From: Minisyncoccota bacterium
GTDB taxonomy: Bacteria; Patescibacteriota; Minisyncoccia; Phycocordibacterales; UBA9973
Direction of reading: 5' to 3'
Length of the DNA stretch: 64,000 bases
NCBI GenBank assembly: GCA_035510575.1
Contig: DATKGV010000012.1
Span: 7,596-71,595, forward strand
Both the position numbers and the translations under genes were made by a program. The notes below the pieces were generated by a model. The model searched no databases and was not told the origin of the DNA. It saw nothing but the letters and a program-made list of their open reading frames with translations. Positions 38,110 through 47,692 of this stretch are shown piece by piece (the first letter of the stretch is position 1; every line of letters starts with the position of its first letter).

Positions 38110-38704
38110 ATTCAAATATAGTCACTCTGGCCGGGCGAATGATTCTGACTTGCCCCGTATTTGCGGGGTCGCCTATCTTGTATCCGGCTTGGATTACTTT
38201 TTCTATGATATGATCTTTACTTTGATCGTCAGTTAAAACGCTTTCAATGGACTGATGAAGATTAGGATCAAAAGGCACATTTACTTTATCGATTTTCTCA
38301 ACGCCGGAATTGGATAAGCTTGTCATAAACTGCTGGTAAATGTATTCAATGCCTGTCCGCCAATTTTTATCAACGTTTTCCCAGACGTCTTTGTTGGCAA
38401 ATGCCATATCAAAGCTATCAAGCGCCGGAAGAAGATTTTCTATTATTCTCTCTTTGGCATGTATTGAGACGCTCTTGCTGATTTGATCCATTTCTTTCTG
38501 TAGATTGATATAATCGGCTTTGGCTCTCTGCCAGCCGGTCAGATATTCCTCTTTTTCAGCGCGAGCTTTCTTCAAATCCTCCCTTAATTTCTTGACAATA
38601 TCTTTTGTCGGCAATTCATCGCCGTCTTCAGTGCTGTCAACAAAAGTCACATCTTGGAAATTTTCTTCAGGTTCTTGTTTTTTTATTTCTTCTTCATTAT
38701 CCAT
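38096..38704 (-). CDS. grpE: Nucleotide exchange factor GrpE, with 7-aa insertion
   Basis: QRAKADYIN, FDPNLHQSI, GY...RIIRPARV. Confidence 0.95.
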   Translation of the reverse strand: MDNEEEIKKQEPEENFQDVTFVDSTEDGDELPTKDIVKKLREDLKKARAEKEEYLTGWQRAKADYINLQKEMDQISKSVSIHAKERIIENLLPALDSFDMAFANKDVWENVDKNWRTGIEYIYQQFMTSLSNSGVEKIDKVNVPFDPNLHQSIESVLTDDQSKDHIIEKVIQAGYKIGDPANTGQVRIIRPARVTIFEFKTS

Positions 38705-38720
38705 ATAAATTATCATAAAC

Positions 38721-38751
38721 AAAAAATCAGATTATCGCAAATCTGATTTTT
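38721..38751 (-). terminator. Terminator after rpsI
   Basis: aaaaaatcagatt-atcgc-aatctgatttttt. Confidence 0.65.
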
Positions 38752-38760
38752 TTAAAATAT

Positions 38761-39177
38761 TTAACGCTTGCTCCACTGCGGCGATTTGCGGGCTTTTTTG
38801 AGTCCGAATTTCTTGCGTTCAACGACGCGAGGATCGCGCTTGAGCATTTTGGCTTTCTTAAGAGGACTGCGAAGTTCTGCGTCAAATAATACCAATGCGC
38901 GCGATATGCCATGGCGAACCGCTTCGGCTTGAGCGTGAACGCCTCCGCCGCGAACAGTAGCGATTATTTCAAATTTGTCCGCTGATGCCGCTATTTCAAA
39001 GGCCTCGGTGACAATCTTTTTCAATTCAGCTGTCGGGAAATATTTGATAAACTCTTTGCCATTAATCGAATATGAATTCTTGGAAGCTTTATGAAGGCGA
39101 ACAACGGCAGTCGCGGTCTTGCGGCGGCCAATGGCTCTCCAGTATTCTTTTTCTTTTGTTGGTGATTTCTTTTCCAT
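38761..39177 (-). CDS. rpsI: 30S ribosomal protein S9
   Basis: GRRKTA, RDPRVVERKKFG, PQWSKR. Confidence 0.97.
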   Translation of the reverse strand: MEKKSPTKEKEYWRAIGRRKTATAVVRLHKASKNSYSINGKEFIKYFPTAELKKIVTEAFEIAASADKFEIIATVRGGGVHAQAEAVRHGISRALVLFDAELRSPLKKAKMLKRDPRVVERKKFGLKKARKSPQWSKR

Positions 39178-39180
39178 AAA

Positions 39181-39534
39181 TTATTCTTTTACTGTTAAAT
39201 GCTTCATCATTTGAGGCCTGAGCTTGTTGGACGGAAGCATTCCATAGACAGCCAGTCCATAAAGTCCGGCCCAGCCCTTTTTGCCGATTATTTCCGCATT
39301 AGTTGAAGTTCTGAAACCTCCGGGATATCCTGAATATCTCTCATGAAGGGTCTCATTCATCCGGCGGAGCGACATTTTTGTTTTGCTTGCATTTATTATA
39401 TCTACGCGGACATCGGCAACTTTGTTCGGAACATAATCCGGGCTTGTCTTTCCCATGAGAGCTTTGGCGGCTTCTGAAGCTATTCGCCCGAAAGCTTTAT
39501 CTGTTGCATCAATTGTGTATGTTTTCATAGTCAT
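39181..39534 (-). CDS. rplM: 50S ribosomal protein L13 (short form)
   Basis: IDA...FGRIAS, YSGYPGG, AVYGMLP. Confidence 0.93.
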   Translation of the reverse strand: MTMKTYTIDATDKAFGRIASEAAKALMGKTSPDYVPNKVADVRVDIINASKTKMSLRRMNETLHERYSGYPGGFRTSTNAEIIGKKGWAGLYGLAVYGMLPSNKLRPQMMKHLTVKE

Positions 39535-39536
39535 AA

Positions 39537-39890
39537 TTATACAAATTCTATTATTGCCATTTTGCTTGCATCGCCCGCGCGGCGCGGCAATTTGGTAATG
39601 CGCGTATATCCTCCGGAGCGGCTTTTATATTTAGGAGCGATAACATCGATTAATTTGTCCGCCTCGGCTTTAAGATTATATAAGCGGGAAATAACTAGGC
39701 GTCGAGACGCCAAAGTGCCGATATTGGCTTTTGTAATCATTTTTTCAACCATCGGGCGCAGTTCTTTGGCTTTTGCTTCAGTCGTTTCAATACGACCATG
39801 GGCGATAAGCGACAAGACCAAGCCCTTCAATAAGGCGCTTCTTTGGCTTCTGCCTCTTCCGAATTTTCTAATGTTATTGTGATGTCGCAT
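39537..39890 (-). CDS. rplQ: 50S ribosomal protein L17
   Basis: MRH, IETTEAKAKELR, GGYTRI. Confidence 0.97.
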   Translation of the reverse strand: MRHHNNIRKFGRGRSQRSALLKGLVLSLIAHGRIETTEAKAKELRPMVEKMITKANIGTLASRRLVISRLYNLKAEADKLIDVIAPKYKSRSGGYTRITKLPRRAGDASKMAIIEFV

Positions 39891-39906
39891 AAAATATAAT
39901 TAATAA

Positions 39907-40884
39907 TTACTTAAGAGTTATACCATACCCGCCGAGAATTTTCTTTATTTCTTGTATTCCTTTGTCGCCGATGCCTTCGATCTCAAGCAAGTCCTCTTTC
40001 TTCTTGCGGGCGATGCCGCCGATTGTCCTGATATTGGCGCTAGTCAAGGCATTTAGCGTGCGAGTGGAAAGATCAAGAGTGTCTATGCGGGTCTTTAAAA
40101 TATCCGTAAACTCATTGCCTTCGCTCTTTAGAGAATCATTTTTTTCTTTTGAGTTTTCTTCTTTCATATCTTCCTTGCCAGGCAATCTGGAAGATATGGC
40201 AAAACCGATAATGGCTTGCAGTTGTTCTACCATGATAGTAATGGCTTTTTCAAGCGCTTCGCGAGGAGAAAAAGTGCCATCTGTTTCAATGATCATGCGC
40301 AAGCGATTATGGTTTGTCTTGTCTCCGACGCGCATATTTTCAACTTCATAAGCAACGCGCCTGATAGGAGTAAAGATGGCATCGACAGCTATGACGCCGA
40401 CTTCGGTTTTTGTTTTTTGGTGCAAATCCTTTGGGACGAATCCTAGCCCTTTTTGTATTGTCATTTCAATAGAAAGAGTAATCTTGCCGGTAACTTCGGC
40501 TATATGAAGATCTTTATTCAAAACTTCTACCTGGCCAGTGGCTTCAATGTCTCCAGCTGTGACTGATTTAGGCCCTTTGACCAATAATCTCACAACTTGC
40601 GGTTCGTCTGTCAGCAAGCGGAAGCGGATTTGCTTTAAATTCAGCAGGATAGTTATAACATCCTCCTTAACGCCGTCAAGAACAGAAAATTCATGATCAA
40701 CTCCGTCTATTTTAAGAGAAGTAATAGCCGCTCCGACAAGCGATGAGAGCATAATGCGGCGAAGCGAATTGCCCAAAGTATGCCCATAACCCGGATAAAG
40801 GCCGTCTATTTCATAAACGCCTTTCGTGCCAGCTTCGGAAACTATTGATAATTTTGACGGCAATATGATATTTAAATCAGACAT
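39907..40884 (-). CDS. rpoA: RNA polymerase alpha subunit
   Basis: GYGHTLGNSLRR.MLSS, VDAIFTPI, LDLSTRTLNAL. Confidence 0.98.
   Translation of the reverse strand: MSDLNIILPSKLSIVSEAGTKGVYEIDGLYPGYGHTLGNSLRRIMLSSLVGAAITSLKIDGVDHEFSVLDGVKEDVITILLNLKQIRFRLLTDEPQVVRLLVKGPKSVTAGDIEATGQVEVLNKDLHIAEVTGKITLSIEMTIQKGLGFVPKDLHQKTKTEVGVIAVDAIFTPIRRVAYEVENMRVGDKTNHNRLRMIIETDGTFSPREALEKAITIMVEQLQAIIGFAISSRLPGKEDMKEENSKEKNDSLKSEGNEFTDILKTRIDTLDLSTRTLNALTSANIRTIGGIARKKKEDLLEIEGIGDKGIQEIKKILGGYGITLK
40165..40198. repeat. Hairpin in the rpoA interdomain linker
   Basis: catatcttcc-ttgccaggcaa-tct-ggaagatatg. Confidence 0.65.
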
Positions 40885-40910
40885 ATGATTTTGCGTTACT
40901 TTATAAATTA

Positions 40911-41519
40911 TTAACGACTATAAAATTCAAGCACAGTATTAAGATCAAGGTATCCTTCTATATTTTTAGGATTGCCCTGCATAACTCCGGAAAGCGATTC
41001 AATATTAAAAGTCAGCCAATTTGGAAGATTATATTCTTTCATTTTTTTATCCATGTCGGCGAACAACGGGCTTTTCCTGCTTCCTTCGCGGACGGCAATC
41101 ACATCGCCGATGCGAACTTGGCTAGACGGGATAGTTGTTTTTTTGCCGTTCAATATTATATGCCCGTGAGAAACCATCTGGCGGGAAAGGCGCCTAGTAT
41201 GAGCAAGCCCAAGGCGGTAAACGATATTATCAAGCCGAGTTTCAAGCAAATCAAAAAGATATTCGGTGGCCAAAACGCCCTTATGGGAAACCGCTTCTTT
41301 TACGTAATTTGAAAATTGTTTCTCGCTGAGGCCGTACATAAAGCGAACTTTCTGTTTTTCCACGAATTGCAAGGCATATCCTGAAAGAACTTTAGGCCTT
41401 TTGTTTTTAAGATTTTTGGAATGCTTGGCTTCAGACATCGTGAATTTTGGCGTCTGACATTTTTCAAATACGCCTGATCCCAAACGCCTGCAAATTTTAT
41501 ATTTTTTGACTGTTTTCAT
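40911..41519 (-). CDS. rpsD: 30S ribosomal protein S4
   Basis: EKQKVRFMYG, LETRLDN.VYRLG, EFYSR. Confidence 0.97.
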   Translation of the reverse strand: MKTVKKYKICRRLGSGVFEKCQTPKFTMSEAKHSKNLKNKRPKVLSGYALQFVEKQKVRFMYGLSEKQFSNYVKEAVSHKGVLATEYLFDLLETRLDNIVYRLGLAHTRRLSRQMVSHGHIILNGKKTTIPSSQVRIGDVIAVREGSRKSPLFADMDKKMKEYNLPNWLTFNIESLSGVMQGNPKNIEGYLDLNTVLEFYSR

Positions 41520-41529
41520 AATATTTGTT

Positions 41530-41571
41530 CCCCATGTCGGACTTGTGGTTAGCCATAAGTCCGACATGGGG
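41530..41571. repeat. Palindrome between rpsK and rpsD
   Basis: ccccatgtcggactt...aagtccgacatgggg, 15-bp perfect arms. Confidence 0.85.
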
Positions 41572-41576
41572 TCTCA

Positions 41577-42032
41577 TTAGACCCTTCTCGGCTTTTTTGG
41601 CTTTGGACCGTTATGAGGAACCGGGGTCATATCGCGAATGCTTGTTATATCTATATCGTAAGCCATGAAAGCGCGGATAGTCGGCTCGCGGCCGCTGCCG
41701 ACTCCTTTGACGACAACATCGACCTCTTTAATGCCAAGCTCCTTTGCTTTTTCACCGACAGCCGAACCGGCTTTTGAAGCGGCAAAAGGCGTGCCTTTTT
41801 TAGCTCCTTTAAACCCCAATGATCCGGCGGAAGTCCAATAAATCGTGTTGCCATTTTTATCCGAAAGAAGAACTTTCGTGTTATTGAAAGTGGCTTCGAT
41901 ATGCAATGTTCCGGAAATGAACTTCTTCTTAGGAATTTTCGGCGCTTGGCTGGGCGAACTTTCCGCAACATTTTTTTCTGCCGGCTCAATTTTGTCTTCT
42001 TCTTTTTTGGTTATAATTTTTATTTTTCCCAC
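41577..42032 (-). CDS. rpsK: 30S ribosomal protein S11
   Basis: ATFNNT, KGTPFAA, TPVPHNG. Confidence 0.97.
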   Translation of the reverse strand: MGKIKIITKKEEDKIEPAEKNVAESSPSQAPKIPKKKFISGTLHIEATFNNTKVLLSDKNGNTIYWTSAGSLGFKGAKKGTPFAASKAGSAVGEKAKELGIKEVDVVVKGVGSGREPTIRAFMAYDIDITSIRDMTPVPHNGPKPKKPRRV

Positions 42033-42074
42033 TTTAGTATGTTTGCTAATTAATAAATCAAATAAAAATCAATT

Positions 42075-42455
42075 CTATGTCTTTTCAGCTTTTCTTCGTC
42101 CGCTGCCCATTGTCTTCCTGACATTGCCTCTGACCGTGCGAGAATTGGTCTTGGTCCTCTGCCCGTTGACTGGAAGGCGGCGCATATGGCGTATTCCCCT
42201 GTAGGTCTTAATATCTTTTAATCTTTTTATATTGGCGGCAATTTCACGCTTTAAAACGCCTTCAATGGGCATGGTCTCAATGATTTTGCGGATTGCATTT
42301 TCTTGATCAACAGTTAGAGCGTCGCTTTTTATGTTAGGGTCTATCTTGGCTTCTTTCAGTATTTTTCTGGCGCGGGAAATGCCTATGCCATATAAGCAGG
42401 TCAAACCTACGTCTAAATGCTTATTGTTTGGAATTGTTATGCCTAATATTCTCAT
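42075..42455 (-). CDS. rpsM: 30S ribosomal protein S13
   Basis: YGIG, YRGIRH, LPVNGQRTKTNSRT. Confidence 0.97.
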   Translation of the reverse strand: MRILGITIPNNKHLDVGLTCLYGIGISRARKILKEAKIDPNIKSDALTVDQENAIRKIIETMPIEGVLKREIAANIKRLKDIKTYRGIRHMRRLPVNGQRTKTNSRTVRGNVRKTMGSGRRKAEKT

Positions 42456-42457
42456 AA

Positions 42458-42568
42458 TTACTGCTTCTGCTTGTGCTTAGGATTAGAACAAACCACGCGA
42501 AGATGGCCTTCGCGTTTTATCATCTTGCACTTGGCACAAATTTTTTTTACGGCTGATTTTATCTTCAT
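42458..42568 (-). CDS. rpmJ: 50S ribosomal protein L36
   Basis: [15 protein letters not shown]...[10 protein letters not shown]. Confidence 0.96.
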   Translation of the reverse strand: MKIKSAVKKICAKCKMIKREGHLRVVCSNPKHKQKQ

Positions 42569-42672
42569 ATTCTTTATCACGCGAAAGAAAAATATAGGGA
42601 CCTTCCCCGTATTTTCAACTAAAAATGCTATATGACAGTATGATACATTATTTGAATAAAAAAGCAAGAGGA

Positions 42673-42888
42673 TTAAACTCTTTTGATTATCCTGCCTTTT
42701 CCGCCATACGAATCAATGAGAACTTCAACGCGATCCCCCACTAATACCTTGATTCTATGTATCCGCATTTTGCCGGCAAGATACGAGATAATATTCTTGC
42801 CATCGCCCACATCAACTCTGAAAAGAGTGTTAGGAAGAGCTTCAGTGACAGTGCCTATAACAGTATTATTATCGTCTTGTTGATTCAT
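42673..42888 (-). CDS. infA: Translation initiation factor IF-1
   Basis: [15 protein letters not shown]...I.VL.GDRV. Confidence 0.96.
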   Translation of the reverse strand: MNQQDDNNTVIGTVTEALPNTLFRVDVGDGKNIISYLAGKMRIHRIKVLVGDRVEVLIDSYGGKGRIIKRV

Positions 42889-42931
42889 TTAATGTGACCA
42901 TATTGTAACAAAAGAATATTTTTCCGTCAAA

Positions 42932-44212
42932 TTATTGCGTATAAATCTTTATTCTAGAGGTATCATCTGGCAGATATGACTGCCATGGCGGAAAGATTTT
43001 GATGCTGGCGGAATCTATGCCGGGATCTTGCTTGAATATCGACTGTATGGAATCTTTTGAAACTCCCATCAAATTTGATTTGATTGCCGTTATATCCGGC
43101 TGCCAGAGGGCTTCTATATTGCCAGTCAAAGTAAACGGCAATGATTGAGTATCTTTGCCTATTAACTGATTTGGATCTGCAAAACTAAAAGATAATCCGG
43201 GCACATTGCTTATTGTTATCTCTTTCAATTCATCAGCCGAAACATCGGGAAATAGATTTTTTATCAATACTGCCGATAAGTCATTTTCTTTTAAGAGAAT
43301 AGCTGATAATGTTCCGCTAATTTTAACGCTTGCATCCGGCGTTTTAGATAAAATATTATCATCGATACTATACGCAAACCTCACAGCACTAGGATACAAG
43401 AAATATCCAGCCGGTATTTCAGCATTCACTTTTTTAATCAAATTATCTTTGAATGACGAGTTGGCGATAATGCTCAAATTACTTTCTATTGAAAAATCGG
43501 TTTTATACACTTCTCCCTGCGCTCCGCCCGCTAATGCTGTTTGTATTTTGCCGTATATCTTGCTATATTTCGGCGTTCCTTTAAATGAACTTACGTTAAA
43601 ATCGCTTGGTGATCCGTTATAGGAATCGCCTGCCAGAAATGCAGTTATAGAAGCAAGAGTTTTTCCGGGAATAATTTTGCCGGCGCTCTTTGCATATCCC
43701 GGTATGGATACGGCCTTATCGGTCAAATACGCTTTTCCGCCGGTATCTGAAAGGAAAGCGTGCATTGGCAATTTTATCGGTTGCGCGCTGTATTCATTAT
43801 ATAAAGTAATTATGCCCTTGGCTTTCAAAGATACATTGCTTGATTCGGTAAAGACCACGTTCTCGTTTTCCTGATCAGAAACAATCATTAATTCAAACGT
43901 TATAGGATTATTTATTTGCGCGGATGCGCCGGTATTTTTCAAAGCGATAAATTGCTTATTATTTAAAGTTAACGATTGATGTTTTGCTTTTATATTGATA
44001 TTGGCCACTTGAAATTCATTTGAAATCCAATATATTCCTCCGATAAAAGATACAATTAACAGTACAACAACCAAACCGCGCAAATAACTTTTATTTTTAT
44101 GTTCATGCGGCAATTGCGCGCTTGTTAAAGTTTCTTTGGGGCGCGCAATACGAACCATATCATGATTTCTTGATTTATTAGATTTTACATCTTCCAATAA
44201 TTTTTTGCTCAT
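42932..44212 (-). CDS. Single-TM extracytoplasmic protein, possibly baseplate-J-like
   Basis: One TM, KAKGIITLYNE, C-terminal PPWQSYLP; ATGA-coupled to the upstream gene. Confidence 0.55.
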   Translation of the reverse strand: MSKKLLEDVKSNKSRNHDMVRIARPKETLTSAQLPHEHKNKSYLRGLVVVLLIVSFIGGIYWISNEFQVANINIKAKHQSLTLNNKQFIALKNTGASAQINNPITFELMIVSDQENENVVFTESSNVSLKAKGIITLYNEYSAQPIKLPMHAFLSDTGGKAYLTDKAVSIPGYAKSAGKIIPGKTLASITAFLAGDSYNGSPSDFNVSSFKGTPKYSKIYGKIQTALAGGAQGEVYKTDFSIESNLSIIANSSFKDNLIKKVNAEIPAGYFLYPSAVRFAYSIDDNILSKTPDASVKISGTLSAILLKENDLSAVLIKNLFPDVSADELKEITISNVPGLSFSFADPNQLIGKDTQSLPFTLTGNIEALWQPDITAIKSNLMGVSKDSIQSIFKQDPGIDSASIKIFPPWQSYLPDDTSRIKIYTQ

Positions 44213-45369
44213 ATTATTTTCGCTTTCCTCCTTGCAATAGCTATCGCTTCTATCATTAAAAATGGATCGCATATATTGTCTTTTATGCTGCACATGTTCA
44301 AAAATTCCTGTCCCTCTAGGGTTACTACGGCGCACTTTCTGTCGCGTTTCATAGCATCAATAAATAACTCTTTAATATCCGCATCGGCAGTCAAAAATAC
44401 GGTCTTAGGAATTTGCAGCTTGCCGCGTAAATCATAAACGCATTGCCTGAATGATTTATGCCATAAGTCCTTGATCGATTCAATTATCGGCTTAATCTTA
44501 TTTTTGCGCTTTTCTTCCATAATGTCAGCCATGAAAAGATTGAGTAATTCTCCGGCATCGCGCAATTCCATATGAAGGTTGGCGCATAAATGCCTTAAAA
44601 AAGTATTTTTTCCAAAGGGAAAAGAAATTGATGTTTCCAGAACTCCGCGAGATACGATGCCAATATCGGTAATCTCTCCGCCAATATCAAGCAAAATATA
44701 TGAGTCAGGGCTCACGTATTTGTCGCGCACAGCCAGATAGGAAGCCAGCATAAACGATGAAAAAGAAATATTCCTGCTGTTCAAGGTGTTTGACAATGTA
44801 TCGCGCATCTTATTTAAAAATAATTTAGGCGAAAGAGATGCAAGCATGCTCATTTCCAAGGACTTGGCGGACTTGCCGATTGGATTTTCGTCCCTATGAT
44901 TATCCAACAAAACGCTCATAATGCGATTCTCTATTAATTCCGGAACGCTATCAATTCCTTTATATTTTTTCTGGTATTCGGAATTTAATTTGGATATTTC
45001 TTTTTTAATCAAATCGGACGCAAATTTTTCCCTGAAAATAAATGAGTGCTCCTTGGATATTTTTATAGTTCTAGTTTCCGATAAATACCAAGGCGAAGCC
45101 AAGACGCAGACAATTTCATCAGGCACGCCGATTTTTTCGTTGTAAATGGATATTGCGACAGAGTTCAAAGCAGAAATGGTATCCTTTATAAACAAATCAG
45201 GACTAAATTCGCCGCGAAATTTAATTTCTTTGCGGAATGATTTAATTATAGTTGGTAAACTATTTGCATCGGAAGAAATATGAGCAAAAGCTCCTCCAAC
45301 ACTGCCGGAGCCGATATCAAAAATTATTGCTTTTCTTGCGTTATTCTTTTGCTTGAACAGAAATCCCAT
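44209..45369 (-). CDS. FtsA/PilM-like actin-fold protein
   Basis: FDIGSGSVG and LLDIGGEITDI phosphate-loop motifs. Confidence 0.65.
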   Translation of the reverse strand: MGFLFKQKNNARKAIIFDIGSGSVGGAFAHISSDANSLPTIIKSFRKEIKFRGEFSPDLFIKDTISALNSVAISIYNEKIGVPDEIVCVLASPWYLSETRTIKISKEHSFIFREKFASDLIKKEISKLNSEYQKKYKGIDSVPELIENRIMSVLLDNHRDENPIGKSAKSLEMSMLASLSPKLFLNKMRDTLSNTLNSRNISFSSFMLASYLAVRDKYVSPDSYILLDIGGEITDIGIVSRGVLETSISFPFGKNTFLRHLCANLHMELRDAGELLNLFMADIMEEKRKNKIKPIIESIKDLWHKSFRQCVYDLRGKLQIPKTVFLTADADIKELFIDAMKRDRKCAVVTLEGQEFLNMCSIKDNICDPFLMIEAIAIARRKAKII

Positions 45370-45414
45370 AGCATTATCATTATACTACAGGATTTGATAA
45401 AAGCGTTAGTAAAA

Positions 45415-47178
45415 TTATTCTAAAACGGCCTTAATGCGCCTGATGCCTGAAGAGACGGCTTCTTCTTTGATTATTTTAAAATGGCCCAATTTGGAAGTGT
45501 TTTGGACATGCGGTCCGCCGCAGAATTCTTTGGAGATAGGATTGCCATTTTTATCTGAAATTACGTAAATTGAAACAATTTGCGGATATTTTGCGCCAAA
45601 CTCCATTTCTGCGCCGATTTTTTCCGCTTCAGACAATGGCATCTCATGATGAACGACTGCAAGACCTTCTTTTATTTTAGCATTGACCCAATTTTCCGCT
45701 TTTTTCTTCTCTTCATCGGTTAATTTGTGATCGCAAATAAAATCCATACGCAAGCGCTCTTCAGTAATATTGCTTCCGCGCTGTTTTATTTCCGGACTAA
45801 CAATAGCTTGAAGTCCAGCAAGCAACAAATGATGCGCAGTATGGAGTTCTATCGTTTTTTCATTATGATTTGCCAGACCGCCTTTAAACATGCCAGCAGC
45901 AGAAGTGCGAGATAGTTCTTGGTGTTCTTTGAGAGCTTCTTCAAAACCAATCTCGTCAAACTCAACGCCTTCTTCAGTACAAAGTTCTTTCATTATCTCC
46001 ATTGGAAAACCAAAAGTCTCAAATAAATAAAAAGCATTTTCGCCACTCAATCTTTTTTTAAGAGAAATACCATTAAAAGTTTTAATATTTTTAATTGAAA
46101 CGCCGTTCACAGTTTTAACATTTTCAATAGGTATTCCATTAATATTTGAAATATTGCTTATAAATTTTTTAAACTCTTTAAGACCATACTCCAATGTTTG
46201 CCTAAATTTACTTTCCTCTTTTGTTATTTCACCTTTATCATCAAGACTATAAGTATTTCTATAAATCTTTTTTATTTTTTCAATTTCTTGAGTAAGTGAA
46301 GTTTTAGAAAGTCGCACAGCTCTTCTGATTAACCTTCTTAACACATATCCTCTTCCCGTATTTGCCGGCAAGATACCATCGGAAATCATAAAAAGAGCAG
46401 TTTTGACATGATCCGCAATAATGCGCTCATTTCTTGTTTTTTCATTATTAAACAAATCCGTATCATAAACGCTTTCTTTCTTATCCACTATTGTGAGCAA
46501 TCTCTCAAGCCCCATGCCGGTATCAACGCCAAGAATTGCTAATTTTTCAAGATTGGCTTCACCTTTATCTAATTGTTCCCGTGAACCATCGCAGAAATAT
46601 TCATTGAAAACAATATTCCAAATTTCCACATCTTCGCCGCTGGCATTTTTGCAATAAATCTCGGTTGTCGGACCGCATGGTCCGGAATCACCAGTCGGGC
46701 CCCAGAAAACATCTTCGCCTTCTTCTCTGATGTCTTTAATTCCAATTTCTTTCCAAATTTTTTCCGATTCTTCGTCTTTCGGAACATTTTTATTTCCTTT
46801 ATAAAAAGTCACATAAGAAATTTGGAGTCCCAGTTCTTTGGCAATAAATTCATAGGCATATTCTATCGCTTCGCGCCGGCCATAGCCGCCGAAAGAAAAA
46901 TTGCCCAGCATTTCAAAAAAAGAAAGATGTGTCGCATCTCCCACCTCATCTATGTCTCCGGTGCGGACGCATTTCTGGACAGTTGCAACATTTTTAGCGC
47001 CGAAATCGCGCAAGGCATTTTCAGGCGCCCCGTAATACGGCTTAAATTGCTGCATTCCGGCAGTAGTGAAAAGCACCGAGATATCGCCCTCCGGCACCAA
47101 AGAAGAAGACGGCAATATCTTATGCCCGCGTTCTTTAAAAAATTCCAAAAATCTGCTGCGTAATTTTTCTGATTGCAT
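45415..47178 (-). CDS. alaS: Alanine--tRNA ligase, short form lacking C-Ala
   Basis: FTTAGMQQFK, FFEMLGNFSFG, DTGMGLER, HTAHHLL, EFCGGPHV. Confidence 0.96.
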   Translation of the reverse strand: MQSEKLRSRFLEFFKERGHKILPSSSLVPEGDISVLFTTAGMQQFKPYYGAPENALRDFGAKNVATVQKCVRTGDIDEVGDATHLSFFEMLGNFSFGGYGRREAIEYAYEFIAKELGLQISYVTFYKGNKNVPKDEESEKIWKEIGIKDIREEGEDVFWGPTGDSGPCGPTTEIYCKNASGEDVEIWNIVFNEYFCDGSREQLDKGEANLEKLAILGVDTGMGLERLLTIVDKKESVYDTDLFNNEKTRNERIIADHVKTALFMISDGILPANTGRGYVLRRLIRRAVRLSKTSLTQEIEKIKKIYRNTYSLDDKGEITKEESKFRQTLEYGLKEFKKFISNISNINGIPIENVKTVNGVSIKNIKTFNGISLKKRLSGENAFYLFETFGFPMEIMKELCTEEGVEFDEIGFEEALKEHQELSRTSAAGMFKGGLANHNEKTIELHTAHHLLLAGLQAIVSPEIKQRGSNITEERLRMDFICDHKLTDEEKKKAENWVNAKIKEGLAVVHHEMPLSEAEKIGAEMEFGAKYPQIVSIYVISDKNGNPISKEFCGGPHVQNTSKLGHFKIIKEEAVSSGIRRIKAVLE

Positions 47179-47180
47179 GT

Positions 47181-47672
47181 CTATTTTATGTTTGCGTCGT
47201 TATTATTGCTGTCTTTGAAAAGAATGGTCTTCCTCAGCTGCTGTTCTATAAACCACAAAACTATGAATATAAAAAGAGTTAATATTGTCGCTATAATGGC
47301 TATGCTAAAGAGGCCGAATCCAGATGCCATGCCTATGCCGGCCGAAACCCAAAGTCCCGTGACAGTAGTCAAACCCATCAATTTTGAATCTTTTGTAAAT
47401 ATAAGTCCGGCGCCGATAAATCCAACACCAACGATTATCTGGGCGACAATCATCAAAGGATTCATTCCAGCAAAACCTGCATATGTTTTAACCATTTCAT
47501 TTGAAATGATGACAAACAGAGCCGAACCCATGGCCACTAGCGCGTAAGTCCGCATGCCGGCCGTTTTATGCGCCCACATGCGCTCAGTGCCGATAACCAT
47601 GCCTAATAATAAAGCCACAAAAAGACGCAATATTACATCCAATGTAGCCGGATCAATAAAATTATTTATCAT
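47181..47672 (-). CDS. MgtC/SapB family protein
   Basis: IGTER...KTAGMRT, GVGFIGAG, GLTT. Confidence 0.92.
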   Translation of the reverse strand: MINNFIDPATLDVILRLFVALLLGMVIGTERMWAHKTAGMRTYALVAMGSALFVIISNEMVKTYAGFAGMNPLMIVAQIIVGVGFIGAGLIFTKDSKLMGLTTVTGLWVSAGIGMASGFGLFSIAIIATILTLFIFIVLWFIEQQLRKTILFKDSNNNDANIK

Positions 47673-47692
47673 AATGCCTTATTATATCATAA

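Noticed and set aside
42932-44335. Long N-terminal extensions in the ORF track (gatB, trpS, ftsW, asd, rpsD, rpmJ, 467-aa ORF)
   Set aside because: Downstream ATGs fit family N-termini, stop/start coupling, or -10 spacing better.
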